Below are positions 36,992 to 48,180 of a stretch of 64,000 nucleotides of DNA, piece after piece. The position numbers and the translations under genes are program-made. The number at the start of each line of letters is the position of its first letter. Position 1 is the stretch's first letter. Source of the DNA: Mobula hypostoma (taxonomy: Eukaryota); contig NC_086108.1 of assembly GCF_963921235.1 (NCBI RefSeq), positions 48,300,001 to 48,364,000 on the forward strand. The letters run 5' to 3'. The notes below the pieces were generated by a model. The model was given only the letters and a program-made list of their open reading frames with translations. It ran no database searches and had not been told where the DNA came from.

Positions 36992-37550
36992 TAGATCAGC
37001 TTTCGGAAGGGTTCTGATAAGGTGCCACATGATTTCAGTAAAATTGAGTTAATGGAAGAAAAGTGATAGTGACAGCGTCGTTGCAAAATTAGCATTGACA
37101 AGAAACATTTATGGTAGTTTTTTGAGCTTGAAGAAAGATTATTGTCTCCTTTGATGGTAAGGTCCTGATTACCTGTTGGTAATTTAGATGTGCATGCATC
37201 GTCCAAAATTTGCAAGTGACATAAAACTTCTACATGTGATAAATAGTGAGGAGGATAATAATAATGGACTCAGAGAAAATATAATGATGGTATGGAAGAC
37301 ACCTGTCTGTCAAATGTAATCAGAATAGTAGAAAGAGACTTATTTTGTGAGGAAGAACAGGGAAGGCTGAATGATATAAAGGGTACGGTAGGTAGAGAAA
37401 CAGAGAGACTTTGCAGAAAATGTACACAGAGCTATGAATATAGCAAGCCAGTTTGAGAAAACAGATTAAAATTTCATGGTAAAGATCCTGAGCTTAGAGA
37501 ACATAGAGGCATATATGATACAAAAGACTATGAACACTGGAATAAAAAAG

Positions 37551-37705
37551 TAAACTGCAGGAAGAAGTCAGAGGATCAGGCAGCATTTATAGATGCAAAG
37601 GGTGTTCGACATTCTGGGACCAGGCACAGTGTCTTGACCCAAAGCATCAAACATCCCTTTGCTTCCATAGATGCTGCTTGAACCATTGAGTTCTACCAGC
37701 AGTTT
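37551..37705. mobile_element. Old fold-back Penelope pLTR-derived element
   Basis: Diverged inverted arms (..CAGGCAGCATTTATAGATGCAAAGGG.. / ..CCCTTTGCTTCCATAGATGCTGCTTG..) related to 6250-6481. Confidence 0.6.
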
Positions 37706-37978
37706 AATTATTGCACCAGATTCCACACTTACGGTTGCTTGTGTTTGTAATATGTCATCTTACATGGATATGCTCAGCATTCAGCCAAACAGACCAGGTT
37801 GTTATTTATAATCTATCTCACTTAAATTATTTCTTCTCTCAACCCCCGAGCGGTATATTTCCACCTTTGTCAAATTCGCCTTAACCCCCCACTCCCCCTG
37901 TCATTCGATGTTATCAGCTTCAACCACTCCATGTAGCAATCCGTTTTATTACTGATGGGAAATTATTTTGTTTTCCAG

Positions 37979-38080
37979 AACCTCCGACCATCGAAGATGG
38001 GGGCCTAACTCTGAACAAGACGGTAATAGTTAGAAATCCCATTGAACTGAAATGCAGAGCATCAGGAACCCCAGTACCAG
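37979..38080 (+). CDS. HMCN1: Hemicentin-1 exon 11, N-part of Ig domain G
   Basis: ttttccAG acceptor, CAG|GTagga donor. (E)PPTIEDGGLTLNKTVIVRNPIELKCRASGTPVP. Phase 1-1. Confidence 0.93.
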
Positions 38081-38931
38081 GTAGGATGGGAAATTCCAAC
38101 CCATACTGCAGAGGGGTTGAACTGCTTGTTTGCTTGATCAATGGAATGAATAGCATCCAGTTTCAAGTGTTAGAATTTCACCAGAAACCTTCATTTAAGT
38201 ACTTGTAGTTTGGGGAAAATGTTCAATTGTTTCAAAGGTAGACATTCATAAATTTTTTTTAAAAAATGGACTTCTTTTTTACAAATCCTTAGTTGACAAA
38301 ATGTAAATGCTGCAACAACGATATGTGATGTGGCTTTGATCATGGCGCATCACAGACCTCAACCAAGCTTAATGTGGTAGACATCAAAGCTGGTGGTTGG
38401 TTCTGGCTGTTCTCTGTATCAATGTGGTAAGTGCACTCAAAATGAAAGAAGCACAGATGGCTAAGGCAAGCCAGGCTTCGTCACAACGACTCCTGAGTTT
38501 AAAAATCCCAAGGACTGATATCGAACACACAAGGTCTTATGCAGGGGCCATTATTTATAGCAGTACACTCCACTGTGATACATCAACTTCAGAGAAGCAG
38601 GAACAGGTGGAAAATGTAAAGATTGCAGTTAATATCAATCCACCAGGGAAACTCTGGATTAAATAAATAGATGTGATGGTCTGGTTCATTAACATTTCAG
38701 AACATGTGATTTAATCTGACCACAGGAAGCTCATGAATTACACATATAAAATGGAATGTTTATACAGTGTACAAGTAATAGGAACATGAAATCTTGTGAA
38801 GTTAATGAATATGGCAAAAGTGGAACAACATTTTTGGTGTGTCATTTGCAAAATATTCTCTTCTGTAATAACTCAATCCCTGTCAAACCCTTCTTATTTA
38901 AAGCATATTTTGTGTTTTTTTTGAACATCAG

Positions 38932-39108
38932 CTATAACATGGTTCAAAGACAACCAGCCAATCAACACAAGATTTGGAGCATCCATATTAAATCGGGGAC
39001 AACTTCTCCAGATTGCTAGTGCCCAGGTAACAGATATGGGTGTGTACAGATGTGCAGCTATCAATGTGGCTGGAGCTGCCGAAATAACCTATAAGGTGGA
39101 TGTTTATG
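38932..39108 (+). CDS. HMCN1: Hemicentin-1 exon 12, C-part of Ig domain G
   Basis: cAG 38930-38931, GTaagc 39109. (A)ITWFKDNQPINTRFGASILNRGQLLQIASAQVTDMGVYRCAAINVAGAAEITYKVDVY. Phase 1-1. Confidence 0.93.
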
Positions 39109-39576
39109 GTAAGCAAATACATACTGTGCATTTCTTAAGTTAGTATATAATAATTGAATTTTAATGGAAATTTACGCTTGCATAACAGTGCAGTGAACCA
39201 GTACTTTGCACATAGTGTTAGTCTGAGCATAGCTGTATTTATACATTTTGCTTTAAATTCCAACATAAACTTACAGTGACATACCAAATAATAATTGATA
39301 GGACTGGATAATCAAGTCCTATCAATAAAAGCGATGTCTCTGCCTGACTTACCTGATTAGATAACGCACATAATTGTGAAGAACCTCAGACCAGAAATGC
39401 CTGCTAGAGCTCTTTGTTTCCTGCACGTGACTTTAGGCATTAATTTATGACAAATTAGGAGCTTTCATAAATGCACATAATCTTGCTCTGGAAATGAGAG
39501 TAGACTGAAAAAAATATTGAAGTAGCTAGAAGTATTAAAAAGTTGTTGAATAATTCAAGTGGCTCAAGCATGTTGT

Positions 39577-39662
39577 AACACACATAAAAGTTGCTGGTGA
39601 ACGCAGCAGGCCAGGCAGCATCTCTAGGAAGAGGTACAGTGGACATTTCGGGCTGAGACCCT
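39577..39662 (-). mobile_element. Penelope pLTR fragment
   Basis: Nearly identical to 6253-6330 (GTTGCTGGTGAACGCAGCAGGCCAGGCAGCATCTCTAGGAAGAGGTACAGT); truncated within the hammerhead. Confidence 0.85.
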
Positions 39663-40210
39663 ATCGGGTCACCTCTCATCCTCCGTCACTCCAAGGAGAA
39701 AAGGCTGAGTTCACTAAACCTATTCTAATAAGGCATGCTCCCCAATCCAGGCAACATCCTTGTAAACCTCCTCTGAACTCTTTCTATAGTTTCCACGTCC
39801 TTCCTGTAATGAGGCAACCAGAATTGAGCACAGTACTCCAAGTGGGGTCTGACCAGGGTCCTATATAGCTGCAACATTACCTCTCAGCTCTTAAACTCAA
39901 TCCCACGATTGATGAAGGCCAATGCACTGTATGCCTTCTTAACCACAGAGTCAACCTGTGCAGCAGCTTTGAATGTCCTATGGACTCAGACCCCAAGATC
40001 CCTCTGATCCTCCACACTGCCAAGAGTCTTGCCATTAATGCCATATTCTGCCATCATATTTGACCTACCAAAATGAACCACCTCACATTTATCTGGGTTA
40101 AACTCCATCTGCCACTTCTCAGCCCAGTTTTGCATCCTATCAATGTCCCGCTGTAACCTCTGACAGCCCTCCACGCTATCCACACACCCCCAACCTTTCT
40201 GTCATCAGCA
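39663..40210 (-). mobile_element. CR1 LINE RT fragment
   Basis: Minus-strand DSVEGCQRLQRDIDRMQNWAEKWQMEFNPDKC; LVRPHLEYC region. Confidence 0.88.
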
Positions 40211-41349
40211 GATCTCATGTGCTTTATTCATAATACTCGTCGCATTAAAATAGTCACATCTCAAACCATCGGTTTGACTGCATCCCTTCTCTGTCACCTG
40301 CCTATCCTCCGTTTTGCACTGTCTCCAAGCTTTCTCTATTTGTGAGCCAACCTCCCTTTCCTCCGTCACTTCAGTTCCGTTCAGGCATTGTTTAACAACT
40401 GAGCTAACTGATTCTTTTAATACAAAAAAAACCTATGGCAATTTCACATGCATAGTCAAACATAGCTCTGGAAATAACTTCCAATTTATGTTAAAGTATT
40501 TCAGCCAATGCATATTATCAGTGTTCAGTGTGCCAAAAACAACAGCACTGACATGAAACCAAAGTGACGTTAGTGAATTTTTTGCAAAGATCAAGACGGT
40601 GGAAAAACTGCCCAAATATACAAAGATATATACCTACAAAGTTCAGGAAAGTGATATTATAAAATATTGCACTGATTCTGATGTTATAATTATGTTAATT
40701 GCAGTGGCGTATCTAAGGTATGGCAGGAATGGCACTTGAAGGGGCGCACAACTGAGCAGTTTCTATTAAAGTCAGACAAGCCATCCTCAGATAGTGAAAA
40801 AAGAATTTTCTTCAGATGTATGATCTGTCTTTGATTATCATGGCCGAGGAGGAAGTCAAGTCAGATAAATCCGAGTATGACGGGATTAAGAGTGAGGCTG
40901 CCACAGAGAACGTGGACATGACAGGAGGGGAAGACGATGGTGGTGGTGGTGGTGATGTTGAGTTTATTGATGAGATTTTACCTGACGAGATTGAACCTGA
41001 CGACACTGAACCTAGTGAACTGGATGGTGTCTAAAAGAGCCTCGAACTGTCATACCAGAATCATTTACTGCTTTACTTGGCAGTAATGATAATGACTGTG
41101 TATCTTTTTTATTATGGGTGGAATTTAATGAATCAAGGGGTGGCACTGTATGCTGCATGCCAACAACATTTTTGCACATACCATCTTGGGCATGTGTGCC
41201 ACAGGTTCGCCATCCCTGTATGATGGTTTATATCAGCTGGCTTGCAGTAAAGGCAACCCATGCACTGTGTTTTAATTGACATGAAAGAATGGTCATTATC
41301 TGACCAGACCACATTATTGAGTTCTCATGTTGATGATTTCACTCTGCAG

Positions 41350-41501
41350 TTCCTCCAACAATATCTGGCAGCAGTGACATGGTGACTGTGGTGGTAAACA
41401 ACCTTGTTAGATTGGAATGCGAGGCCAGTGGTATCCCGATGCCAAGCATGACATGGCTGAAAGATGGCAGCCCAATTGCCAGCTTTTCAGATGCTGTTCA
41501 G
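41350..41501 (+). CDS. HMCN1: Hemicentin-1 exon 13, N-half of Ig domain H
   Basis: ctctgcAG acceptor, CAG|GTaatt donor. (V)[50 protein letters not shown], matching recalled human [51 protein letters not shown]. Phase 1-0. Confidence 0.95.
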
Positions 41502-41919
41502 GTAATTCTAATTTGTGCTTTATTGTACTCATTACATGAAAACATAGAGTTGTGCTGAACTGACTTTCTTCAAAAGGAAGCAACTTACACATCAACCAGT
41601 TTTCAGGAAGAAAAATCCTTCAACCTCAAATAAGATGAATGAAATTTAGTCTGCATCTACCTGAACCCTGGGAGGCTTCCTGCTTTTTACCAATAGTACT
41701 TTATGGAATTTTCACTAAGTAGGCACATAGGGCCCTATTTCAACATTGTACCAAAGTTGCCCCCCTCACAATGTAGCCATTTGATGAACTTGCAGCATTA
41801 TTTTTGCCTAAATTGATGTGTTTAAAAAGTTGCAGTGGGATATTAATTTATACCTTTCCGCCTTTGGTAAGAAGAGTTGTCCCTCACCAGTCTAATACAA
41901 CCCAGGTGTGGTGCTATCA

Positions 41920-42090
41920 GCCCTAGTGCCCTTCCCTTGGACAACATCGGTGGCGTAGAGAGGGGATACTTGCAGCATGGGCAACTGCCGATCTTCCCTC
42001 CAACCCTGCCCAGGAAAGGCCTGCGCCCCGGAAACCTTGCAAGGCGCAAATCCATGGTCTCACGAGACTAACGGATGCCTAAAAAAAAAT
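41920..42090 (+). mobile_element. 3' portion of the SINE family at 23915/50052, ending in poly-A
   Basis: TGCCCTTCCCTTGGACAACATCGGTGGCGTAGAGAGGGG...ATCCATGGTCTCACGAGACTAACGGATGCCT(A)9. Confidence 0.8.
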
Positions 42091-43192
42091 CTCAGTAAAA
42101 CTGAACATTGATTATGATATAAACCTCTTCAGCTTTGCATTCCCAGCATGCAGAGCTACAGTTGAAAGCTGAATTAACACAAACAAGTATAATCCTTTGT
42201 AAATGTAAATATGTGTTTTTGAATTCTTTTTACTATTTATGCACAATTTTGTGTTATAATATTTGATTACATCTGCATTAAATTAGATTTGTGTTCCTCC
42301 TGTGCTGAAATAGGCAGTCCTCTGGTAATGAATAAATAATCAGCAGGAGCAAACTGCACATTCCTGCCACAAATCTAACTGACCACATTCACTGCCAGGA
42401 AGGTGGTGACTACTTATGTGGACTGTTGGAATCCGTAACTTACACATTTGACGCCTTATTTGTGAGCTGGGTGGTGACTGAAATGTTGATGTTCTTGCTT
42501 TGGAATTCTTGACCACAAGCAATCTGCAGAATGAGATAGTACTGAATAGTCCCTGAGGTGGCAAGATGTAGGACTGTTCCTATGATGTTAGGAAAGGAGG
42601 ACTCAGGTTGGAAACAAAATTGCAGTCTACCCAACTCTGTTCCGGTGAGTAGTCTGGAAGGGATGGACACTTTGCTGACTGAATTCTAAGAAGGCCTGAT
42701 GGACATTTCACCAAGTCCATCAGGAGGTTCTGTGGTGCACCCTAACTCTGTGAGCTATTTCAGCAGTCATTTAAAATTGTCCAAAAGAGGTGTACATTTA
42801 AGCTCACTATCCTTACATTCAGTAGGACCACTTAATGTTAAGACCAATACCCCCAGAACAGATGCTTGCTCATATCCTTTAAATTTTGAAATGTAAAATT
42901 TGTGGCATTTCAATTAGTGAAGCTATTCAAGACAGAGAAAATTTCAAGGTAAATGGATCAGTTTTTGAATATTAAGGTAATCAAGGGACATGGAGATACT
43001 ACAAAAAGGCGACGCTGAAATAAAAATAAACAAATGTAATGATCTAATTGAATAGCGGAGCAGGCAGGAGAGATGTCAGGCTTACTTCTACTTCTATTAC
43101 GTTCCTGTATAAAGTGAAAGCTAAAGATGTCAGTAAGTTCACACTAGTGTTCTGTAAAGTTCTTTGCTTTAAGCTTTTTCATTTGCTTGCAG

Positions 43193-43316
43193 GTTGTGTC
43201 TGGGGGTCGAGTGCTTGCTATCACCAGTGCTCAGATCAGTGACACTGGCAAATACACCTGTGTAGCCGTGAATGCTGCGGGAGAACAGCAGAGGGACATT
43301 GATCTCAGAGTTTATG
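43193..43316 (+). CDS. HMCN1: Hemicentin-1 exon 14, C-half of Ig domain H
   Basis: ttgcAG acceptor, GTaatg 43317. VVSGGRVLAITSAQISDTGKYTCVAVNAAGEQQRDIDLRVY, nearly identical to recalled human VLSGGRILALTSAQISDTGRYTCVAVNAAGEKQRDIDLRVY. Phase 0-1. Confidence 0.96.
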
Positions 43317-43518
43317 GTAATGTTATTACAGACTCCACCTGTTCCTCCAATCCTTTTTGCATGGTGTTCCCTGATGCATAGGTTTAAAGTACTCTGGGAT
43401 TCACAAACACAAACAAGGACCAATTTGCTGGTAATTAGTTTATTGTTGTCACGTACGGTGATACAATGAAAAGTTTTCCTTTGCATGTCATCCAAACAGA
43501 TAATTCCAGGCATAAGTA

Positions 43519-44765
43519 CAGGTTTTCCCCACTATCGGAAAGTAGAGCATTCCTATGAAATGGTTCGTAAGCCGAAATGTCGTAAAGTGAAGAAGCAATT
43601 ACCATTTATTAATATGGGAAAAATTTGTGAGCATTCCCAGACCCAAAAAATAACCTACAAAATCATGCCAAATAACACATAAAAAACCTAAAATAACAGT
43701 AACATATAGTAAAAGCAGGAATGATATGATAAATACACAACCTATATAAAGTAGAAATACTTTCCTGCAGCACTGTCTAGCGCAGCGAAAACCTCACGGC
43801 AGCACTCTCGGCGGAAGCGCTCTCGGCAGAAACACTCTCTCCAGTAACCTTTAAGCTATGAAGCTGCCAAATTATACCAAATGACACATAAAAATACACA
43901 GCCTATATAAAGTAGAAATAATGTACAGTGTAGTTTCGGGAAGACTCCAATAAATTGCAGTTTCGTCACAGTTAAACACTTGCTTATATGAATAACCACC
44001 TTCTGTAATTATTTTCTTCAGTTCTGCTGGGAACTTTTCAGCAGCTTCAGTATCAGCCAAAGCACTCTCTCCAGTACACGTTAGACTATGAAGCTGCCCT
44101 CACCTCGGAAACTGATCAAACCACCCATGACTACCTTTAAATTCCACTTTTGCAACACTTTCATCACCATCGTCCAGTGCTCTCTGTTTCAGCTTATTAA
44201 AAAGGCTGGCTGATTTCTCCTTAAGTATAAGGAAACTTAACGGAACACCACGCTTTGTATACCCATCAATCCACTCAAGCAATAGACTTTCCATTTTATC
44301 CATTATTGGATGCCAACTAAGAGAAACAACTTTGCTATGAGCAGAACCAACAGTAACATCGGCAACTTTCAAAATTCTTTCTCTCTACATATAAATAGTG
44401 AGAATTGTGGACGCAGGCAAGTTCAACGCGCGGACAATGTCCTTACTTTGTTCACCACGATCGAAACATTTAATTATGTCGAGTTTTATACTAAGTGTAA
44501 CACCCTTACGAGCTCTTTTAGACTTTTCCGATACCTTAGAACTCATCTTGCTAACGGATGCAGAAAATAAATCGAGATAAAGCACGCGTTTAAGCAATGG
44601 CGGCTAGAATGCAGTTCCGGCGGAGGAACTTGGCTGTTCGGGCGCTCACTGTCTTTTTTCGTAACAGTGAAAACACCTTCTGTTAGCGAAAACAGGTAAC
44701 TAATGTAGGTCTTTCGAAACAGCAAGGTGTCGTAAAGCGAACGTTCGGAAAATGGGGGCCACCTG
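43519..44765 (-). mobile_element. Internally deleted Tigger/pogo (CENP-B-like) DNA transposon
   Basis: TA|CAGGT..CCCC ... GGGG..ACCTG|TA. Minus-strand HTH-psq (RKGVTLSIKLDII..RGE..LNLPASTI), Tc5 HTH (MESLLLEWI..FKGSHGWFDQF) and DDE start (QVFNCDETAIYW). Confidence 0.92.
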
Positions 44766-45696
44766 TACATTGAAGCAGTGCAATGGAAACAGTAGGAAGC
44801 ATAGATAGAGTCACTAGAGGGAAAGCTAGTTTTCATGACAACTGGTCTGAGTACACACAACTCTCTGTGATTTTTTTTGGATTCTACATTCCCTCTGAAT
44901 ATTTTTTTCATTTAAACACCTCACATGTATTGATCTTCCATATAATTGAGTAGCTCATGTCACTCATGTTCCATATACAGTATGTCTTTGAAAACGCAGT
45001 TCTTAATCCTCTAGATTGTAATGTTTGGTTTTTAATTATCTGATCTGTGGTAAAGATGACTGCAAATGACCATCCATATGGGAAGCTGCCTACTTTGATC
45101 TCAGTTATCGTTGCTAAGACGTAGAAGTTGATGAAGATATTGTTGGCGCCAGTCCACCAGGAGATAAAAAGTTTGCAGAGCTGATTGAACTAGCTTAGCT
45201 AACTGAACACCATAAGTATCCCACCGCAGTCCCATGGTTCAAAGCACGAGCTTAAAGTCAGGTGAAACTGACAGTGATCTTGTCATTGAACAGAGGATAA
45301 CTGGAAAAAAAACATTGCAAGTAGGTGCAAGTTTACAGGTGTTGTTGGATTGAATGGTTTGTGTGTTCTGAGATGTACATCGTCAAAAGAGGCTGCTCTG
45401 AGATGAAACTGAATCTTAAGCAGGTGATTGATCTTGTTCAGATAATGGAAGCAGTGGCCAAGCAAGCATATGATGTATAACATCCCTCGGTGAGGTCAAC
45501 AGACCCAGAACTGGCTGTTCAGCATCTGGGAAAGGGAAGTGCCATTGGACAGACTGATGTTATCACTGTGAGAGCACACAATGCTGGCTTGAGTAGTACA
45601 GAGCCAAAGTGATTGTCATGTTTGTGGTACCAAGGGACATATGTAAAGTTGACTTGAAAACAAAGAAGGGTTAATGGTGTTGTAGGAACTTGGTGG

Positions 45697-46472
45697 TGTT
45701 ACATGACCATAGTTTCATTTACTGTGAGTGTCACATTGAAGCACCTGTGTGAGGCGGGACTATGACGTCAGTATAACAAGCTGTGACAGACCACTGGGAC
45801 TTTCAGAGGAGAGGGAGAGGAGGAGACAGAGAGAGAGAGAGAGAGGAAAAAAAGATAAGTAAAAGTAAGTATTGGACCGTAAGCTGTCAGCCGTAGCTTG
45901 CTGTAAAAATGGGTAAAGTCTGATACTCTTCCATGCCCAAAGGATTGGGTTGATTAAAGGCACACCGTGCACATTGGATGTGTGACTGTCACTTCGTATG
46001 ATCCATATGTGGATTTTGTTGGAGTATCCTGTGGCAACCCTTACCTGGATTTGGGTGTGTTAAGTGGTAACCACTTGTGTGAAGGGATATTCTGTGACTG
46101 TCACCTTGGGATATTTCTACGTGGATTTCAGAACGACTCGACGGATAAGATCTTCGACAACTGTTACTTTGTTTTCCCAGTGTGGAACCTGTGGAATTCT
46201 TCGTAATCGCCTTCTCTCTACATTTTAATGTGGATTTACAAATCTCTCCCCTCACTTATTTTGTGGATTACTGGACCTTTCTACTTTGCCATCTTTAAGA
46301 CTTTAAGAACTGTTTCTAAGCTTGACAGTTTGGGAGCTACACACACATAACACTGTTAACTTAAGTTCATTTTGTTTAATTTTCTATATTTCTGAGTAGG
46401 TACTAATAAAGATGGTGGTTTTAACATTAAAACCTGACTCAATTTGTGATCCATTGCTGCTGATACGTAACA
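45697..46472 (+). mobile_element. Solo LTR (Gypsy-type)
   Basis: TGTTAC...GTAACA termini; flanks GTGG/GTGA (4-bp TSD with one mismatch); GA-rich tract; AATAAA at 46405-46410. Confidence 0.8.
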
Positions 46473-46479
46473 GTGACAA

Positions 46480-47195
46480 AGCAGCAAAAACAAAGGAGCT
46501 GATTGTGGACTACAGGAGGAATGGAAACAGGCTAACCCCTATTGACATCAATGGACCTGGGGTTGAGAGGGTGAACCGCTTTAAGTTCCTCGGCATGAAC
46601 ATCACTGAGGATCTCATGTGGTCTGTACACACTAGCTGTGTGATGAAAAAGGCACAACAGCGCCTCTTTCACCTCAGACTGTTGAAGAAGTTTGGTATGG
46701 GCCCCCAAATCCTAAGAACTTTCTACAGGGGCACAATTGAGAGCATTCTGACTGGCTGCATCACTGCCTGGTATAGGAACTGTACTTCCCTCAATCGCAG
46801 GATTCTGCAGAGAGTGGTGCAGATAGCCCAGCACATCTGTAGATGTGAACTTCCCACTATTCAGGACATTTACAGAGACAGGTGTGTAAGAAGGGCCCAA
46901 AGGATCATTGTGGACCCGAGTCACCCCAACCAGCTGCCTCCATCTAAGAAACAGTACCACAGCATTAAAGTCAGGGACCAACAGGCTCTGGGACAGCTTC
47001 TTCCACCAGGCCATCAGACTGATTAATTCACACTGATACAATGACATTTCTGTACTATATTGACTGTCCTGTTGTACATACTATTTATTACAAATTACTA
47101 TAAATTGTACATTGTGCATTTCGTTGGAGATGTAATAAAGTTTTTTACTCATGTATGTGAAGGATGTAAGAAATAACGTCAATTCAATTCAATTC
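46480..47195 (+). mobile_element. Rex1/Babar-type LINE 3' fragment
   Basis: [44 protein letters not shown]; (CAATT)n tail. Confidence 0.88.
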
Positions 47196-47734
47196 ACATA
47201 GGTGATCTGCTTGGATTGCTCACAATAGGTGAGAATTCTACTGAAGTTCTCTCTACGTTGTATACATTGATGAGAAGGCAGTGTCAGTGAAAAGTGAATA
47301 TTGGTTATGTATGAGCAGGAGCTGAAGTGCCGTTAGCCAGCTGGTGCAGTGGGATCTTCCACTTTCTTCATACCCAGACTGGGGAAAGGATTAAGGTAAT
47401 AGGGATGGGTGAGATCAGAATGAGAAATGGTGGAGGGTGGAGGAAATACCGGCTTCTTTGACTGAAGGAAAAGATTCAATTTGGTAAGTCAGAACTAGCT
47501 AACAAAATTCAGCGTGAATGGAGGAAGAGCAGGAGCTCGAAGGCTTTGGGTATAATTGCAGTATTCAAAGCATAACGTGGCATAGATTTTAAAAACATAA
47601 CATGTGCATTACATAAGAAGTTAAAATTGTGGAAGAGCTATGATGCTATGGAAAGCAAGTATCGAGCTAATTAAATTTTCTGATTAGGCTGCTACAGTGT
47701 TTCCTGTACGATAGAGTTACAAAATACACGTGGA

Positions 47735-48180
47735 CTAAGATGTTAACTGTCCTGTGCTATCACCAGTGGGATCATCAGTTGATCTGCCACCTGTCTTCAG
47801 GAGTCTCGGCCCGCTATGATCAAGACTCCCTCGAGGTGGTGGGCCAGCATTGCTAAAGCACAACCTCCCACTGGTGAGCTTAAACACTTGGCATCTGCCT
47901 CTGTCAGAGTTGTTGGTCACTTCCATCCAACAGATAGTCTGCTCTTCAGGTGTCTATGCAACTACTGAAGTGTTTGCAAGATATGTATACACTGTCTGAC
48001 TATCTGCCCCTCTGGACATACTTGGTCCACACCCATGCTGATCCTTTCTCTGCTGCCTCAGCTACAGACCTGCTGGTTGACTTGATCTCTCTTCTAGTGA
48101 AGCCAAGGTCACGCAGCCACTTCTGGAGAGTGAATGCAATAAACCCACGGCAGCCTACTTCGAATGGATATATAGATACG
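47735..48180 (-). mobile_element. 3' end of an RLE-type non-LTR retrotransposon (HERO/NeSL-like)
   Basis: Minus-strand IYPFEVGCRGFI..LRDLG..AEAAEKGSAWVW, the C-terminus typical of the restriction-like endonuclease of HERO-type elements, followed by a 3' UTR. Confidence 0.75.

Noticed and set aside
803..43316. Alternative assignment to HMCN2, titin or other Ig-repeat genes
   Set aside because: The order and sequence of all eight domains follow recalled human HMCN1 (e.g. LFLG.PN.E, NTA.GN.K, QRDIDLRVY). A reciprocal BLAST would confirm.
47761..47876. Hammerhead ribozyme in the RLE element 3' UTR (CUGAUGA and CUGAAGA present)
   Set aside because: No GAAA and NUH in the required positions; kept only as a structured UTR.
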